A stretch of 64,000 bases of DNA. Source: Parcubacteria group bacterium M6-OD1-1 (GTDB lineage Bacteria; Patescibacteriota; Minisyncoccia; GWC2-36-17; M10-OD1-4). This document shows, piece after piece, positions 26,243-35,707 of this stretch. The stretch is from positions 10,122 to 74,121 of the forward strand of contig LSNK01000005.1 in NCBI GenBank assembly GCA_003056085.1. The letters run 5' to 3'. Within the stretch, counting starts at the first letter, position 1, and every line of letters starts with the position of its first letter. The notes below the pieces were generated by a model. The model ran no database searches and was not told where the DNA came from. It worked only from the letters and a program-made list of their open reading frames with translations. A program made the position numbers and the translations under genes.

Positions 26243-27763
26243 ATGCCTTCAAAAGTTTTTTCAGCAGCGCTATACGGAATAGATGCCAAAATAATAGAGG
26301 TGGAGTCCGATATATCACACGGACTCCACTCTTTTAATATCGTCGGACTTCCCGACAAATCGGTGGACGAATCAAAAGACAGGGTAAACTCCGCCATTAA
26401 AAATTCCGGATTCACACCGCCTAAAAAAACAAATCAAAAAATAACCATAAATCTTGCTCCTGCAAAAATAAAAAAAGAAGGACCCGCATACGACCTTCCT
26501 ATCGCACTTGCTTATCTTTTAGCATCAAAACAGCTGATACTTGATCTTAAAGATAAATTATTTTTAGGAGAACTTGCGCTTAACGGAAAGGTAAGACCGG
26601 TGCAAGGTGTGCTCTCTATTGTAAGTACAGCGCAAAAAAATAATTTTAAAGAGGTAATTGTCCCGCTTGAGAATTTTAAAGAAGCAAGCCTCATAAAAAA
26701 CATTAAAATAACGCCTGTTGGAACTTTGTATGAATGTATTGATTATTTGAAAGGCAATGAAATTCAAATTCCAAAATTAAAAGAAAAGAAAAAAATAGAA
26801 AAAATTTCTGATTTTGATTTTTGTTATATCAAAAGCCAAGATCAAGCAAAACAAGCTCTTAAGATAGCAGCTTCCGGAGGACATAATGTTTCTATGTCCG
26901 GACCTCCCGGATCAGGAAAAACCATGCTCGCCAAAGCATTTATGACTATTTTACCGGAACTTTCAAAAGAAGAACAAATAGAAACAACCAAAGTTTACAG
27001 CGTTGCGGACAGGTTGGAAGAAGGGGAATATTTAATAGAAAAAAGACCTTTCCGGTCACCTCACCACTCATCCTCTTTAGTTGCCTTAACGGGAGGAGGA
27101 ACGCATGCAAAACCCGGAGAAATAAGCTTAGCTCATAACGGCGTTTTGTTTTTGGATGAATTCCCAGAGTTTCAAAAAAATGCCATAGAAGCCCTAAGAC
27201 AACCTCTTGAAGATAGAAAAATAACGATATCAAGAGCATCCGGGTCTTTTTCATATCCTGCAAAGTTAATTTTAATAACCACACAAAACCCTTGTCCGTG
27301 CGGATATTACAATACAGGACAAAAAGAATGCACCTGCAGCATGCACAGCATAATGCAATATCAGAAAAAGATATCAGGACCAATAGCAGACAGGATAGAT
27401 ATGCAAATAGAAGTTCCTATGGTTGAACATAAAAAACTGTCAGACGACACTGAATTAGAAAAAAGTTTGAATATTAAAAAATCAATTCAAAAAGCAAGAA
27501 AAATTCAAGAAAACAGATTTAAAAAAGAAAAAATATATACAAACTCAGAAATGTCTCAATCTCAAATAAAAAAATATTGTAAATTGGATGAAGAATCTCA
27601 AATATTCTTAAAAAACATATCAGAACAAAATAATCTTTCCGCAAGAGCCTATTTTAAACTGATAAAACTATCAAGAACCATAGCCGACCTGGAAGAATCA
27701 GAAAATATAAAAACGCACCACCTCGCAGAGGCGGTGCAATACAGAATTAAGAGCAAAATATAA
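26243..27763 (+). CDS. comM: YifB/ComM Mg-chelatase-like AAA+ ATPase
   Basis: IVGLPD, INLAPA..KKEG..YDLPIA, GPPGSGKTM, PFRSPHH, PGEISLAHNGVLFLDEFPEF, NPCPCG; ATG 26243. Confidence 0.95.
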   Translation: MPSKVFSAALYGIDAKIIEVESDISHGLHSFNIVGLPDKSVDESKDRVNSAIKNSGFTPPKKTNQKITINLAPAKIKKEGPAYDLPIALAYLLASKQLILDLKDKLFLGELALNGKVRPVQGVLSIVSTAQKNNFKEVIVPLENFKEASLIKNIKITPVGTLYECIDYLKGNEIQIPKLKEKKKIEKISDFDFCYIKSQDQAKQALKIAASGGHNVSMSGPPGSGKTMLAKAFMTILPELSKEEQIETTKVYSVADRLEEGEYLIEKRPFRSPHHSSSLVALTGGGTHAKPGEISLAHNGVLFLDEFPEFQKNAIEALRQPLEDRKITISRASGSFSYPAKLILITTQNPCPCGYYNTGQKECTCSMHSIMQYQKKISGPIADRIDMQIEVPMVEHKKLSDDTELEKSLNIKKSIQKARKIQENRFKKEKIYTNSEMSQSQIKKYCKLDEESQIFLKNISEQNNLSARAYFKLIKLSRTIADLEESENIKTHHLAEAVQYRIKSKI

Positions 27764-27770
27764 AGAATCA

Positions 27771-27808
27771 AAAAAAACGACTTCTTATTTTAAAGAAGTC
27801 GTTTTTTT
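27771..27808. terminator. Bidirectional terminator
   Basis: aaaaaaacgacttctt-atttta-aagaagtcgttttttt between convergent genes. Confidence 0.8.
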
Positions 27809-27873
27809 ATAATACTCTATTAAACTTTTATTACTAACTTTAGGATGCTCAATTTATGCTTCTTAATTCTTTT

Positions 27874-28971
27874 TTAGTATCTCCAATAATTAGCAAGCGG
27901 GTTCTTTGCTCCTCTCACTTCAAAATGAAGATGACAACCTGTAGACTTGCCAGCTCCCTGCATTCTGAATAATCTACCGTTTATATATTCAAAACCACCT
28001 CCTATAACTCCTATTTGCTGTCCTTGTTTTACCGCTTGTCCAGCTCTTACAAAAACATTTTTCATGTGAGCATATAATGTATTTGTTCCGTTTGAGTGTT
28101 TTATTTTTACATAATTTCCATATCCTCCAAAAACTGAGGCTCCGAGCCTTGCTCGGGATCTTGTTGTTTTTGCTGAGACTATTGTTCCTGACGCTGCTGC
28201 ATAAATAGGAGTCCCGCATCTATTTGCAACATCAACAGCATTGTATCCGTGAATTCCTTGTGTTTTTCTTCCTTTGGTTGGAAAAATAAAATACTTGCTT
28301 GCGTTTATTGTTGACTTGGCATAACTTATAGCTCTTCTTCTTGGTGCTGAATATCTTTGAGGCATCTCTCCGTCTTCAATTATTAAAGTCTCTCCCACTT
28401 GAAGCGAGCCGTCTGCGGGCAAACCATTGTAAGCTATGATGTCTGACGTTTTAACTTTATATTTTTTGGCTATCCCAGAAACCGTCTCTCCTTTTTTAAC
28501 GTCATGCTGAATGCCCGTAACCGGTAAAATCTTCAATTCCTGTCCTTCTTTAATATAACTTGTTGCTCTTAGGTTGTTTGCCCACAAAACTGTATTTATA
28601 GTAACACCAAACTCTGCTGCTATCTTAGAAACATTGTCTCCACTTTTGACCGTATAAATTATAGTCTTGTCCCTTTCATTTTTTGATGTATAAGTTGTCA
28701 AAGCGGCAAGATTAGGCATCAAAGAATCATCTCCCGTTGTACCGACGTCGGTGTATTCAGAGTCTCCGGGACCACCCTTTGCAAGCATATCCACTTCATT
28801 ATAAATCAAAGAATCCTTATTATTGAAATTTTTAGCGTTCACTGCGTTTGCCTGCATTTGAATGGTAGGCGTTTCTACAGACTCAGAGTCAAAAACTCCT
28901 AAACTGAAAGCATTTACCCTACCCGTATTTTCTGCAATATTGATAAATAAAACAAACATAAATGCAGCCAA
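27874..28971 (-). CDS. LysM-repeat M23 family peptidoglycan endopeptidase (true start probably further upstream)
   Basis: Two LysM domains (YTVKSGDNVSKIA, HDVKKGETVSGIA), HGYNAVD, YAHM, STGCHLHFEVR. Confidence 0.92.
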   Translation of the reverse strand: MAAFMFVLFINIAENTGRVNAFSLGVFDSESVETPTIQMQANAVNAKNFNNKDSLIYNEVDMLAKGGPGDSEYTDVGTTGDDSLMPNLAALTTYTSKNERDKTIIYTVKSGDNVSKIAAEFGVTINTVLWANNLRATSYIKEGQELKILPVTGIQHDVKKGETVSGIAKKYKVKTSDIIAYNGLPADGSLQVGETLIIEDGEMPQRYSAPRRRAISYAKSTINASKYFIFPTKGRKTQGIHGYNAVDVANRCGTPIYAAASGTIVSAKTTRSRARLGASVFGGYGNYVKIKHSNGTNTLYAHMKNVFVRAGQAVKQGQQIGVIGGGFEYINGRLFRMQGAGKSTGCHLHFEVRGAKNPLANYWRY

Positions 28972-29270
28972 AACGAATGCATAAGTAAAATTAAATCTTA
29001 TAAATTTATAAGCTTCAATTGAGTAATTTATAAGGAATTTGACCGCAAACAGAAACAGACCTCCAGCCCTTACTGTGAGGTTTTTTGCTTTAATATTATG
29101 TATTTTACCCTTTAAAAAAGAGTAAGATTTATTTAGTTTAGTACTGATATATGCAAATTAAGGATTATCCAGAAATTCATCTATAATTAGACATTGCAGT
29201 GTTTTTTTGGTATATTTTATATGCTTCAATATATCAAAATTAGGCTAAAAAGTCAATCAAATTACACACA

Positions 29271-31193
29271 GTGTCAACCCTAATAAAAAACCTAAATAAT
29301 CCACAAAAAGAAGCGGTCCAAAAAACAGATGGTCCGCTTTTGGTTATTGCTGGAGCAGGATCCGGGAAAACAAGAGTCTTAACTCACAAGATAGCCTACT
29401 TGATAGAAAAGGGCGTAAAACCATATAATATTCTTGCTGTGACTTTTACAAATAAGGCGGCAAATGAAATGAAAAGCAGGGTAGAGAAGCTCACCAACAA
29501 ATTAAACATCAACGCAAAAGGGTTAAATATCGGAACATTTCATTCAATTTGCTTGATAATGCTGAGAGAAAATACAGAACTGATAAACAGAGAGAAAAAT
29601 TTTGTTATATTTGACAGTGCTGACCAAAAATCTCTAATCAAAAATATTTTAAAGGAATTAGATATTGACCCAAAAAAATTCAATCCAAAAATTTTCCAAT
29701 CCAAAATATCAAATTTAAAAAGCAATTTAAAAAGCGAAAAGAATTTTGAAAATGAAGCGACAGATTTTTTGCCGAAAATAACATCTCAAGTTTACAATAA
29801 ATACCAACAATACTTAAAAGAACACAATGCGGTGGATTTTGATGATATTATAATGTTTTGTGTAAATCTTTTTTTAAAAAACCAAAATATCCTCCAAAAA
29901 TATCAAGATAAATTCAAATATATTTTAATAGACGAATATCAAGATACAAATTCCGCCCAATACAATTTAGTAAAACTTCTTGCAAAAAAGCATAAAAATA
30001 TCTGTGTGGTTGGCGACAACGACCAAGCAATATACGGCTTTAGAGCGGCAGATTATAAAAATATGCTTAACTTTGGGAAAGACTACCCAAATACAAAAGA
30101 AATAATTCTTGAAGAAAATTACAGATCAACAAAAAATATTTTAAATGCCGCAAACGGAGTAATAAAGAAAAATCGATCAAGAAAAGATAAAAATCTTTTT
30201 ACAGACAACGAAAAAGGAAGTAAAATAAACCTTATTTTAGCATCTTCTGAAAAAAAAGAGGCGGAATACATAACAAAAAAAATAAAAGAGCTTTTAAAAA
30301 AAGAAAAAAGACCTCTTTCTGATTTTGTTTTGCTTTATCGCGCAAACTCTCAATCTCGAGCAATTGAAGAAGAACTTATGCGGGCAAATTTACCTTATAA
30401 AATAATAGGCGGGTTTAAATTCTATCAAAGAAAGGAAGTGAAAGACATCATTGCTTATCTAAGATACCTACACAACGAAAGCGATAAAACGAGTTTTAAA
30501 AGAATAGTAAATACTCCAACAAGAGGCATAGGAAAAAAAGCCATCCAGAACTATTTTGAAAAAAATGAAATATCAAAAAACTTGGAAGTATTTTTTAAAA
30601 TGATAAATTCCTTAAAAGAAGATGCAAAAACAATGCGTCTTTCACGACTGATAAAAGAAATAGCCAAAAAAAGTAAAATGGAAGAAGTTTTCAACGACAA
30701 AACAGCGGAAAATCAATCAAAGTGGGAAAATATTCTTGAGCTCCTGTCTGTTGCTTCAATTTATGACAAAAAAGAAGATGCTATACCGCAATTTTTAGAA
30801 AATGTTGCTTTGGCTTCAGACCAAGATGAGGTAGATCAACAAAAACCGGTAGTAAACTTAATGACAATTCACGCCGCAAAAGGACTTGAATTTAATGTTG
30901 TCTTTATATTGGGGATGGAAGACGGGCTTTTCCCTCATTCAAGAAGCAAAGAGTCGCCTGAAGAATTAGAAGAAGAAAGACGACTTTGTTATGTGGCGCT
31001 AACAAGAGCGAAAAAACACCTGTATTTACTGCATACGGAACAAAGAAAAATATTCGGCAAAACAGAAACGAACCCTCCTTCAAGATTTCTTTATGACATA
31101 CCGCAGGATTTAATAGAATTTGAGCAGTACCCAACTTGCGATTTTAAATTCAAAGATGAAATGGACGATGGCATAGTGGATTTTGAGTATTAA
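29271..31193 (+). CDS. pcrA: ATP-dependent DNA helicase PcrA/UvrD
   Basis: AGAGSGKT, TFTNKAA, DEYQDTN, VGDNDQAIYGFR, LEENYRS, MTIHAAKGLEF, EERRLCYVALTRA. Confidence 0.97.
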   Translation: MSTLIKNLNNPQKEAVQKTDGPLLVIAGAGSGKTRVLTHKIAYLIEKGVKPYNILAVTFTNKAANEMKSRVEKLTNKLNINAKGLNIGTFHSICLIMLRENTELINREKNFVIFDSADQKSLIKNILKELDIDPKKFNPKIFQSKISNLKSNLKSEKNFENEATDFLPKITSQVYNKYQQYLKEHNAVDFDDIIMFCVNLFLKNQNILQKYQDKFKYILIDEYQDTNSAQYNLVKLLAKKHKNICVVGDNDQAIYGFRAADYKNMLNFGKDYPNTKEIILEENYRSTKNILNAANGVIKKNRSRKDKNLFTDNEKGSKINLILASSEKKEAEYITKKIKELLKKEKRPLSDFVLLYRANSQSRAIEEELMRANLPYKIIGGFKFYQRKEVKDIIAYLRYLHNESDKTSFKRIVNTPTRGIGKKAIQNYFEKNEISKNLEVFFKMINSLKEDAKTMRLSRLIKEIAKKSKMEEVFNDKTAENQSKWENILELLSVASIYDKKEDAIPQFLENVALASDQDEVDQQKPVVNLMTIHAAKGLEFNVVFILGMEDGLFPHSRSKESPEELEEERRLCYVALTRAKKHLYLLHTEQRKIFGKTETNPPSRFLYDIPQDLIEFEQYPTCDFKFKDEMDDGIVDFEY

Positions 31194-31277
31194 AGAAACT
31201 TTTATTTTACACAACAATCTATTGATTTATTTTGCGTTTAATCGTAATATTAAACGTACAAGCAATATCACAATTAA

Positions 31278-31559
31278 ATGTACAAATTTATGTTGACTAA
31301 AATTCAAAAAAATATAGGAATATCCGAGTTAAGAAAACATCTTCCTAAATATTTAAAAGACGCAAAAAAAGAACCTTTAGTCGTGTCTTTAGACCGTGGC
31401 AAAAATATTCGCGTTGTTCTCGATGTAAATCTTTATAACAGTCTTTTAGAATTTCATGAGGACTATCAAGATGCAAAAGAGCTTGAAAAACTTAAAAAAA
31501 ATGATAACGGTAAAAGATTTGATTGGGCAGATGTTAAAAATAAATATCTATGTAAATAA
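31278..31559 (+). CDS. Phd/YefM-type antitoxin
   Basis: IGISELRKHLPKYL....EPLVV N-terminal pattern; directly upstream of a RelE-like gene; start may be 31290. Confidence 0.75.
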   Translation: MYKFMLTKIQKNIGISELRKHLPKYLKDAKKEPLVVSLDRGKNIRVVLDVNLYNSLLEFHEDYQDAKELEKLKKNDNGKRFDWADVKNKYLCK

Positions 31560-31561
31560 GA

Positions 31562-31819
31562 ATGCAATTTAAAATAGAACTTACAAAAGTTGCTTTAAAA
31601 AACTTTAAATCTCTTTCGGAAAAAAATACTTTAGTTATTTTTGCAGCAATAGAAGATTTAAAACAAGATCCATTCAACAAAAATTTGGATATAAAGAAAC
31701 TTAAGACTCCGTTTGAAGGTTACCGCATAAGAAAAGGAAGTTTCCGAATTTTATTTATTATAGAAAATAAAACAATTTTAATTTATTCCATAAAACATAG
31801 AAAAGACGCCTACAAATAA
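31562..31819 (+). CDS. RelE/ParE family toxin
   Basis: 85 aa, DIKKLK...YRIRKGSFRILF....IKHRKDAYK. Confidence 0.9.
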   Translation: MQFKIELTKVALKNFKSLSEKNTLVIFAAIEDLKQDPFNKNLDIKKLKTPFEGYRIRKGSFRILFIIENKTILIYSIKHRKDAYK

Positions 31820-31867
31820 AGAAAATGAATTGAATTTTGTTTTATAATTTGTTTAACTTAAAAAACT

Positions 31868-32119
31868 ATGGAATTTAAAGAAAATAATTTTCAAAATCAA
31901 GAAAAATTTCCGGAAAATCCGGAAACAAAACAAGCACAACCGACAGAACAGACTAAAAAACAAGAAAAAGAAAAAAGTCAAAGTACTGTTTTTGAAAATA
32001 AACCGGCTGAAGTGAATATTGATGATGAATATTCAAAAAAGACCAAAAAGCAGACAGAAGATTCAATAGAATTTAGAGGACACAAAATAACAATTCCGGA
32101 AGAAAACGAAAATAAATAA
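31868..32119 (+). CDS. Small charged, probably disordered hypothetical protein
   Basis: 83 aa E/K/Q-rich ORF with codon style like the downstream gene. Confidence 0.55.
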   Translation: MEFKENNFQNQEKFPENPETKQAQPTEQTKKQEKEKSQSTVFENKPAEVNIDDEYSKKTKKQTEDSIEFRGHKITIPEENENK

Positions 32120-32134
32120 TATAATATAAAAATT

Positions 32135-35100
32135 ATGGAAAGATTTTCAATAAAAAAAGCTCAAGAAGAAGCGGAAAAAATGAAAGACAAAATATCTTCC
32201 GGAGAATCTGAAAATTACAATGAAGCTGAAAAGATGATAGAAAAAGACAACGCACAATTGGATAAGAACATTGATGCAAAAGCAATAGAACATTTAGAAA
32301 AAGAAGAAAATAGAATTTTTACTGAAATTGAAATATCAGGAGTGGATGACCTTGCTGAAAGCATTAAAAAATTATCTCAAAAAACACATAAAGGAAGAGT
32401 GACTTCTGTTCATAGAGAGGGTCTTTTACGTATGATCCCTGAACTTAAAAAATTAATATTAAAACCAATTCCCACCAAAGAAGAACAAGAAAGAATAGAA
32501 GAATTGTACGGTTATTTAAAAGAAGAGGACGATAAATTATTTAAAGAGGCCAATAAACAAGAAATTGAAAAAGAAAAACCAAAAGAAACGAAAAAAGACA
32601 TAGTTTTTGAAAAAACAAGAAGTTTTGAAGAAAAAAATCAAGAAATTATTAACAAAGAGTTTGATAAAAATTCCGAAGAACTTCCCGACGAAGAAAAAAA
32701 AACAATAAAAAAACCTATTGAAAAAACAGAAGAAGAAACTGAAAAACCGGAAGAAACAAAACAAAAAATTGAAAAGGAAACCGAAACTGAAAAACAGACA
32801 GAAGAAAAATCAAAAATTGACCTTTCGCCGGAGCAGGAGCAAAAAATAGAAGAGGTATTTTTGAAATTTAACATCTCAAAGGAATACTTGGAAAACATGG
32901 AAGGATTTTCAGACCTTTCCTTCGGTCAACGTCTTTTGGTTGCAGAAAATCTAAATCATCTTATCGTAAAAGAAGCAAAAAAAGAGGCAAAGACGATACA
33001 AGAAACGGAAGCAAAAGAAAGCAGATTTAAAAACATGCTGAAGTTAGCGCTAACTTTAGGCGCAAGCAAAACTTTTCAAACAGCTGATTTGGAAAAATCT
33101 ATTTTACAAAAAAAGATATCAGAAGGCGTATCAGAAGACAACAAAACATATTTGGAACAAATGATAAAAAGCTCAAAAGAACTTTGCCCCGACGTAGAGG
33201 TGTCGGAAGATGGAAAATTGGAGATACAATACATAAAACAGTCAGAATTTGAAAAGTTAACTTTAATAGAAAAAATAGATGTTCTTGATTTTAATAAAGC
33301 GGCGAAAGAATTCAGCAAAATACCAAACGAATGGAAATATGACACCGCAAAAGAGAGTGAAAGACAAGCTTACGAAGAAAAAAAATCCTCTTATGATAAA
33401 TTAAGGGATGTCATCTTAAAATTAAAAACTAATTTGGAGGATGAAAAATCTGCGGCACTATTTATGAATGCCATTGATGAAAAAGTAGCTATAAACAGCC
33501 TGCTTAGCTCTAACCCGGACATTGAAAAAGAAATCCAAAAAATAACAAATCAATCTGCATTAGCAAAAGCGGCAAAAGAACTTATAAATCCAAACTCAAA
33601 TCTTGCATACGCAAGTTATGGTTACGCTGCTCGTGCCGGAGTAGTTGCGGTTTTAGGCGTAACAAGCCCTTTGGTGATCCCGGCTATTGCCGGAGCAGCC
33701 GGAGGAATTGGATTTTTTAAGAGCAGGAAGGAAGCAGAAAAAGCGGTCAGTGCAAGAAAAGCTTTAGGAAGAGAAGGAAAAGAGGTCAAAGAAAAACTAA
33801 AATATGAAACTGCGCAAGGCGAGAAAAAAGAAAGGGAACTAAAAGAATTCACTGATGCTTCATTTTTTTCAAAAAGAATAAACAGATTAAAAGACAAAAT
33901 AGAATCAATAGACGAAAGTGACCCTGACTTTGACAATCAATTGGAAATTTTAGAAAAAAAGATTTATGAAACTATGAGTCTTGCAGATGAAAAATTTAAA
34001 AGAGGATTGATTAATTTTGGCGATACAAAAGAGCAAATCACAAACAAACTTGATTTTGTGCAAAGCATGGGACGAGCGCGCGCTTATACAAAAACAAATA
34101 TACAAAACACTGAAAACAAAGTGTCTGAAATATTAAAAAGTGTAGGAGAACACCAAAACACAGCCGAAAACATACGAAAAAAAGAAGTTTGGAGAAAAGC
34201 AAGAAACGGAGCTTTAATACGCGCCGGATTTGCTTCCGCCGGAGCAGCTATAGCCGGTTTTGTCCATTCTCCTGATGTGGAAAAGCCTGAAACTTTAGAA
34301 GACCAAACCATCCTCAAAAAAGAGTCTGAGTTTCCGGAATCACAAATTAAGGAATTCCCGCCTAAACAAGAAATAACATTTTCAGAAACACCCAAAATAG
34401 TAAGTGAAGAAAATATAGCTAAACTTTATCAATGGGAAAATAAAAATAATATTGACCATTCCGTTGTGGTGAATATCCATAAAGAGTTAGTTAAAAATCC
34501 TGAACTGGAAACCGGACTTACAGATAAAAATTTAAAATTCATTGAAAATAATACAGAACTGTTTAAAAACGAAAATGCAGCTGAAAAAATACAGAAGCTT
34601 CTTTCACAAAATGAACTCATTTATGAAATAAGGAAAGGAGACAATTTATGGAATATAATAAAATCTCAGCTGGAAGACAGAAAGATCACAGAAGGTTTAA
34701 GTGAAGGAAAACAAACTTATATAATTGACGACTTAAAAGACAAATTTGCTAAACTAAATTCGGAGGAGCTAAAAAAACTTGGAATATCAAGTGGGAATAT
34801 AGACAAACTCACCGCAGGAGATAAAATTGATTTAACATCTGTTTTAGGTTCAAAAAATGGATTGGGCAACATTTCTAATGCTGTTGAAGGGGCGCAGAAA
34901 TTATCAGAAGAACAAATTGCGAACATTGAAGCAAACAACACAAAAATAGATTCTTTTTATGATGAACTAAGAGAAGCAAAAGCGGAAAATCCCGACATAA
35001 AGATACCCCAACTTAACGAAGATATGGCAGATAAAATAATAAAAGGTGAGATTAATGTAAGAAGTTATATAAATCCGGAAGTCTCGGGACAACAAGCGGT

Positions 35101-35479
35101 AGAATCTGCGGTAGACATCTCTTCGATAGAAAATATAAAAGATGCCATAACTAATGGAAAAACAGAAAGCATTATTGGTGAATATAACGAAGATTTATTT
35201 GAAGGAGTTTCGGGAGAAGTATTAAAAAATGGAGATACTGTTGTAAGTTTCAACGTTAAAAATAACGCAGCTGATGTAAAATTAATTATTACTCAAGAAG
35301 GCAAAATGGCGATAGACGGCTGGGGTTTAAGAAATTGGCCTGAAAATGTAAAATTGGGATGGTTATTTGGATCCAGAAAATTAGATACATTTACAGACTT
35401 AACCGATAAAAACATGAAAGAAGCCTTGGAATTTATAAACAAAGGAAAAGCAATAATAATAGAGAAGCCGGAAGAATAA
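32135..35479 (+). CDS. Giant E/K-rich coiled-coil protein with Gly/Ala hydrophobic segments and an interrupted LysM-like domain
   Basis: 1114 aa; AGVVAVLGVTSPLVIPAIAGAAGGIGFF; AGFASAGAAIAGFV; YEIRKGDNLWNII...NIDKLTAGDKIDL. Confidence 0.8.
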   Translation: MERFSIKKAQEEAEKMKDKISSGESENYNEAEKMIEKDNAQLDKNIDAKAIEHLEKEENRIFTEIEISGVDDLAESIKKLSQKTHKGRVTSVHREGLLRMIPELKKLILKPIPTKEEQERIEELYGYLKEEDDKLFKEANKQEIEKEKPKETKKDIVFEKTRSFEEKNQEIINKEFDKNSEELPDEEKKTIKKPIEKTEEETEKPEETKQKIEKETETEKQTEEKSKIDLSPEQEQKIEEVFLKFNISKEYLENMEGFSDLSFGQRLLVAENLNHLIVKEAKKEAKTIQETEAKESRFKNMLKLALTLGASKTFQTADLEKSILQKKISEGVSEDNKTYLEQMIKSSKELCPDVEVSEDGKLEIQYIKQSEFEKLTLIEKIDVLDFNKAAKEFSKIPNEWKYDTAKESERQAYEEKKSSYDKLRDVILKLKTNLEDEKSAALFMNAIDEKVAINSLLSSNPDIEKEIQKITNQSALAKAAKELINPNSNLAYASYGYAARAGVVAVLGVTSPLVIPAIAGAAGGIGFFKSRKEAEKAVSARKALGREGKEVKEKLKYETAQGEKKERELKEFTDASFFSKRINRLKDKIESIDESDPDFDNQLEILEKKIYETMSLADEKFKRGLINFGDTKEQITNKLDFVQSMGRARAYTKTNIQNTENKVSEILKSVGEHQNTAENIRKKEVWRKARNGALIRAGFASAGAAIAGFVHSPDVEKPETLEDQTILKKESEFPESQIKEFPPKQEITFSETPKIVSEENIAKLYQWENKNNIDHSVVVNIHKELVKNPELETGLTDKNLKFIENNTELFKNENAAEKIQKLLSQNELIYEIRKGDNLWNIIKSQLEDRKITEGLSEGKQTYIIDDLKDKFAKLNSEELKKLGISSGNIDKLTAGDKIDLTSVLGSKNGLGNISNAVEGAQKLSEEQIANIEANNTKIDSFYDELREAKAENPDIKIPQLNEDMADKIIKGEINVRSYINPEVSGQQAVESAVDISSIENIKDAITNGKTESIIGEYNEDLFEGVSGEVLKNGDTVVSFNVKNNAADVKLIITQEGKMAIDGWGLRNWPENVKLGWLFGSRKLDTFTDLTDKNMKEALEFINKGKAIIIEKPEE

Positions 35480-35538
35480 AGCAAAAAACTAAAAAAACGA
35501 ACTATTATAAAATGTGGTTCGTTTTTTTTGTTTAAAAA

Positions 35539-35624
35539 GTGTCGTATCCACAGTTTTTAGGTGTCGTATTTGCTTAAAATCAAGTAGCTATGCTATAATT
35601 ACTCTTAGTAAGAATATGTCGTAT
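35539..35624 (+). promoter_or_regulatory. Fic gene promoter with three phased TGTCGTAT direct repeats
   Basis: TGTCGTAT at 35540, 35562, 35617 around TGcTATAAT (35591-35599). Confidence 0.65.
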
Positions 35625-35707
35625 TTTTAAATTAGGAACAGAAAATTACGAAACAAACTGTTTTAAAACTATTTTTATTCCTAATTTTTACCTTTTAATT
35701 CTTTTTC

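Noticed and set aside
32537-35484. Many F/S/L-rich minus-strand ORFs opposite long genes (also throughout the window)
   Set aside because: Antisense shadows of A-rich E/K-coding sequence
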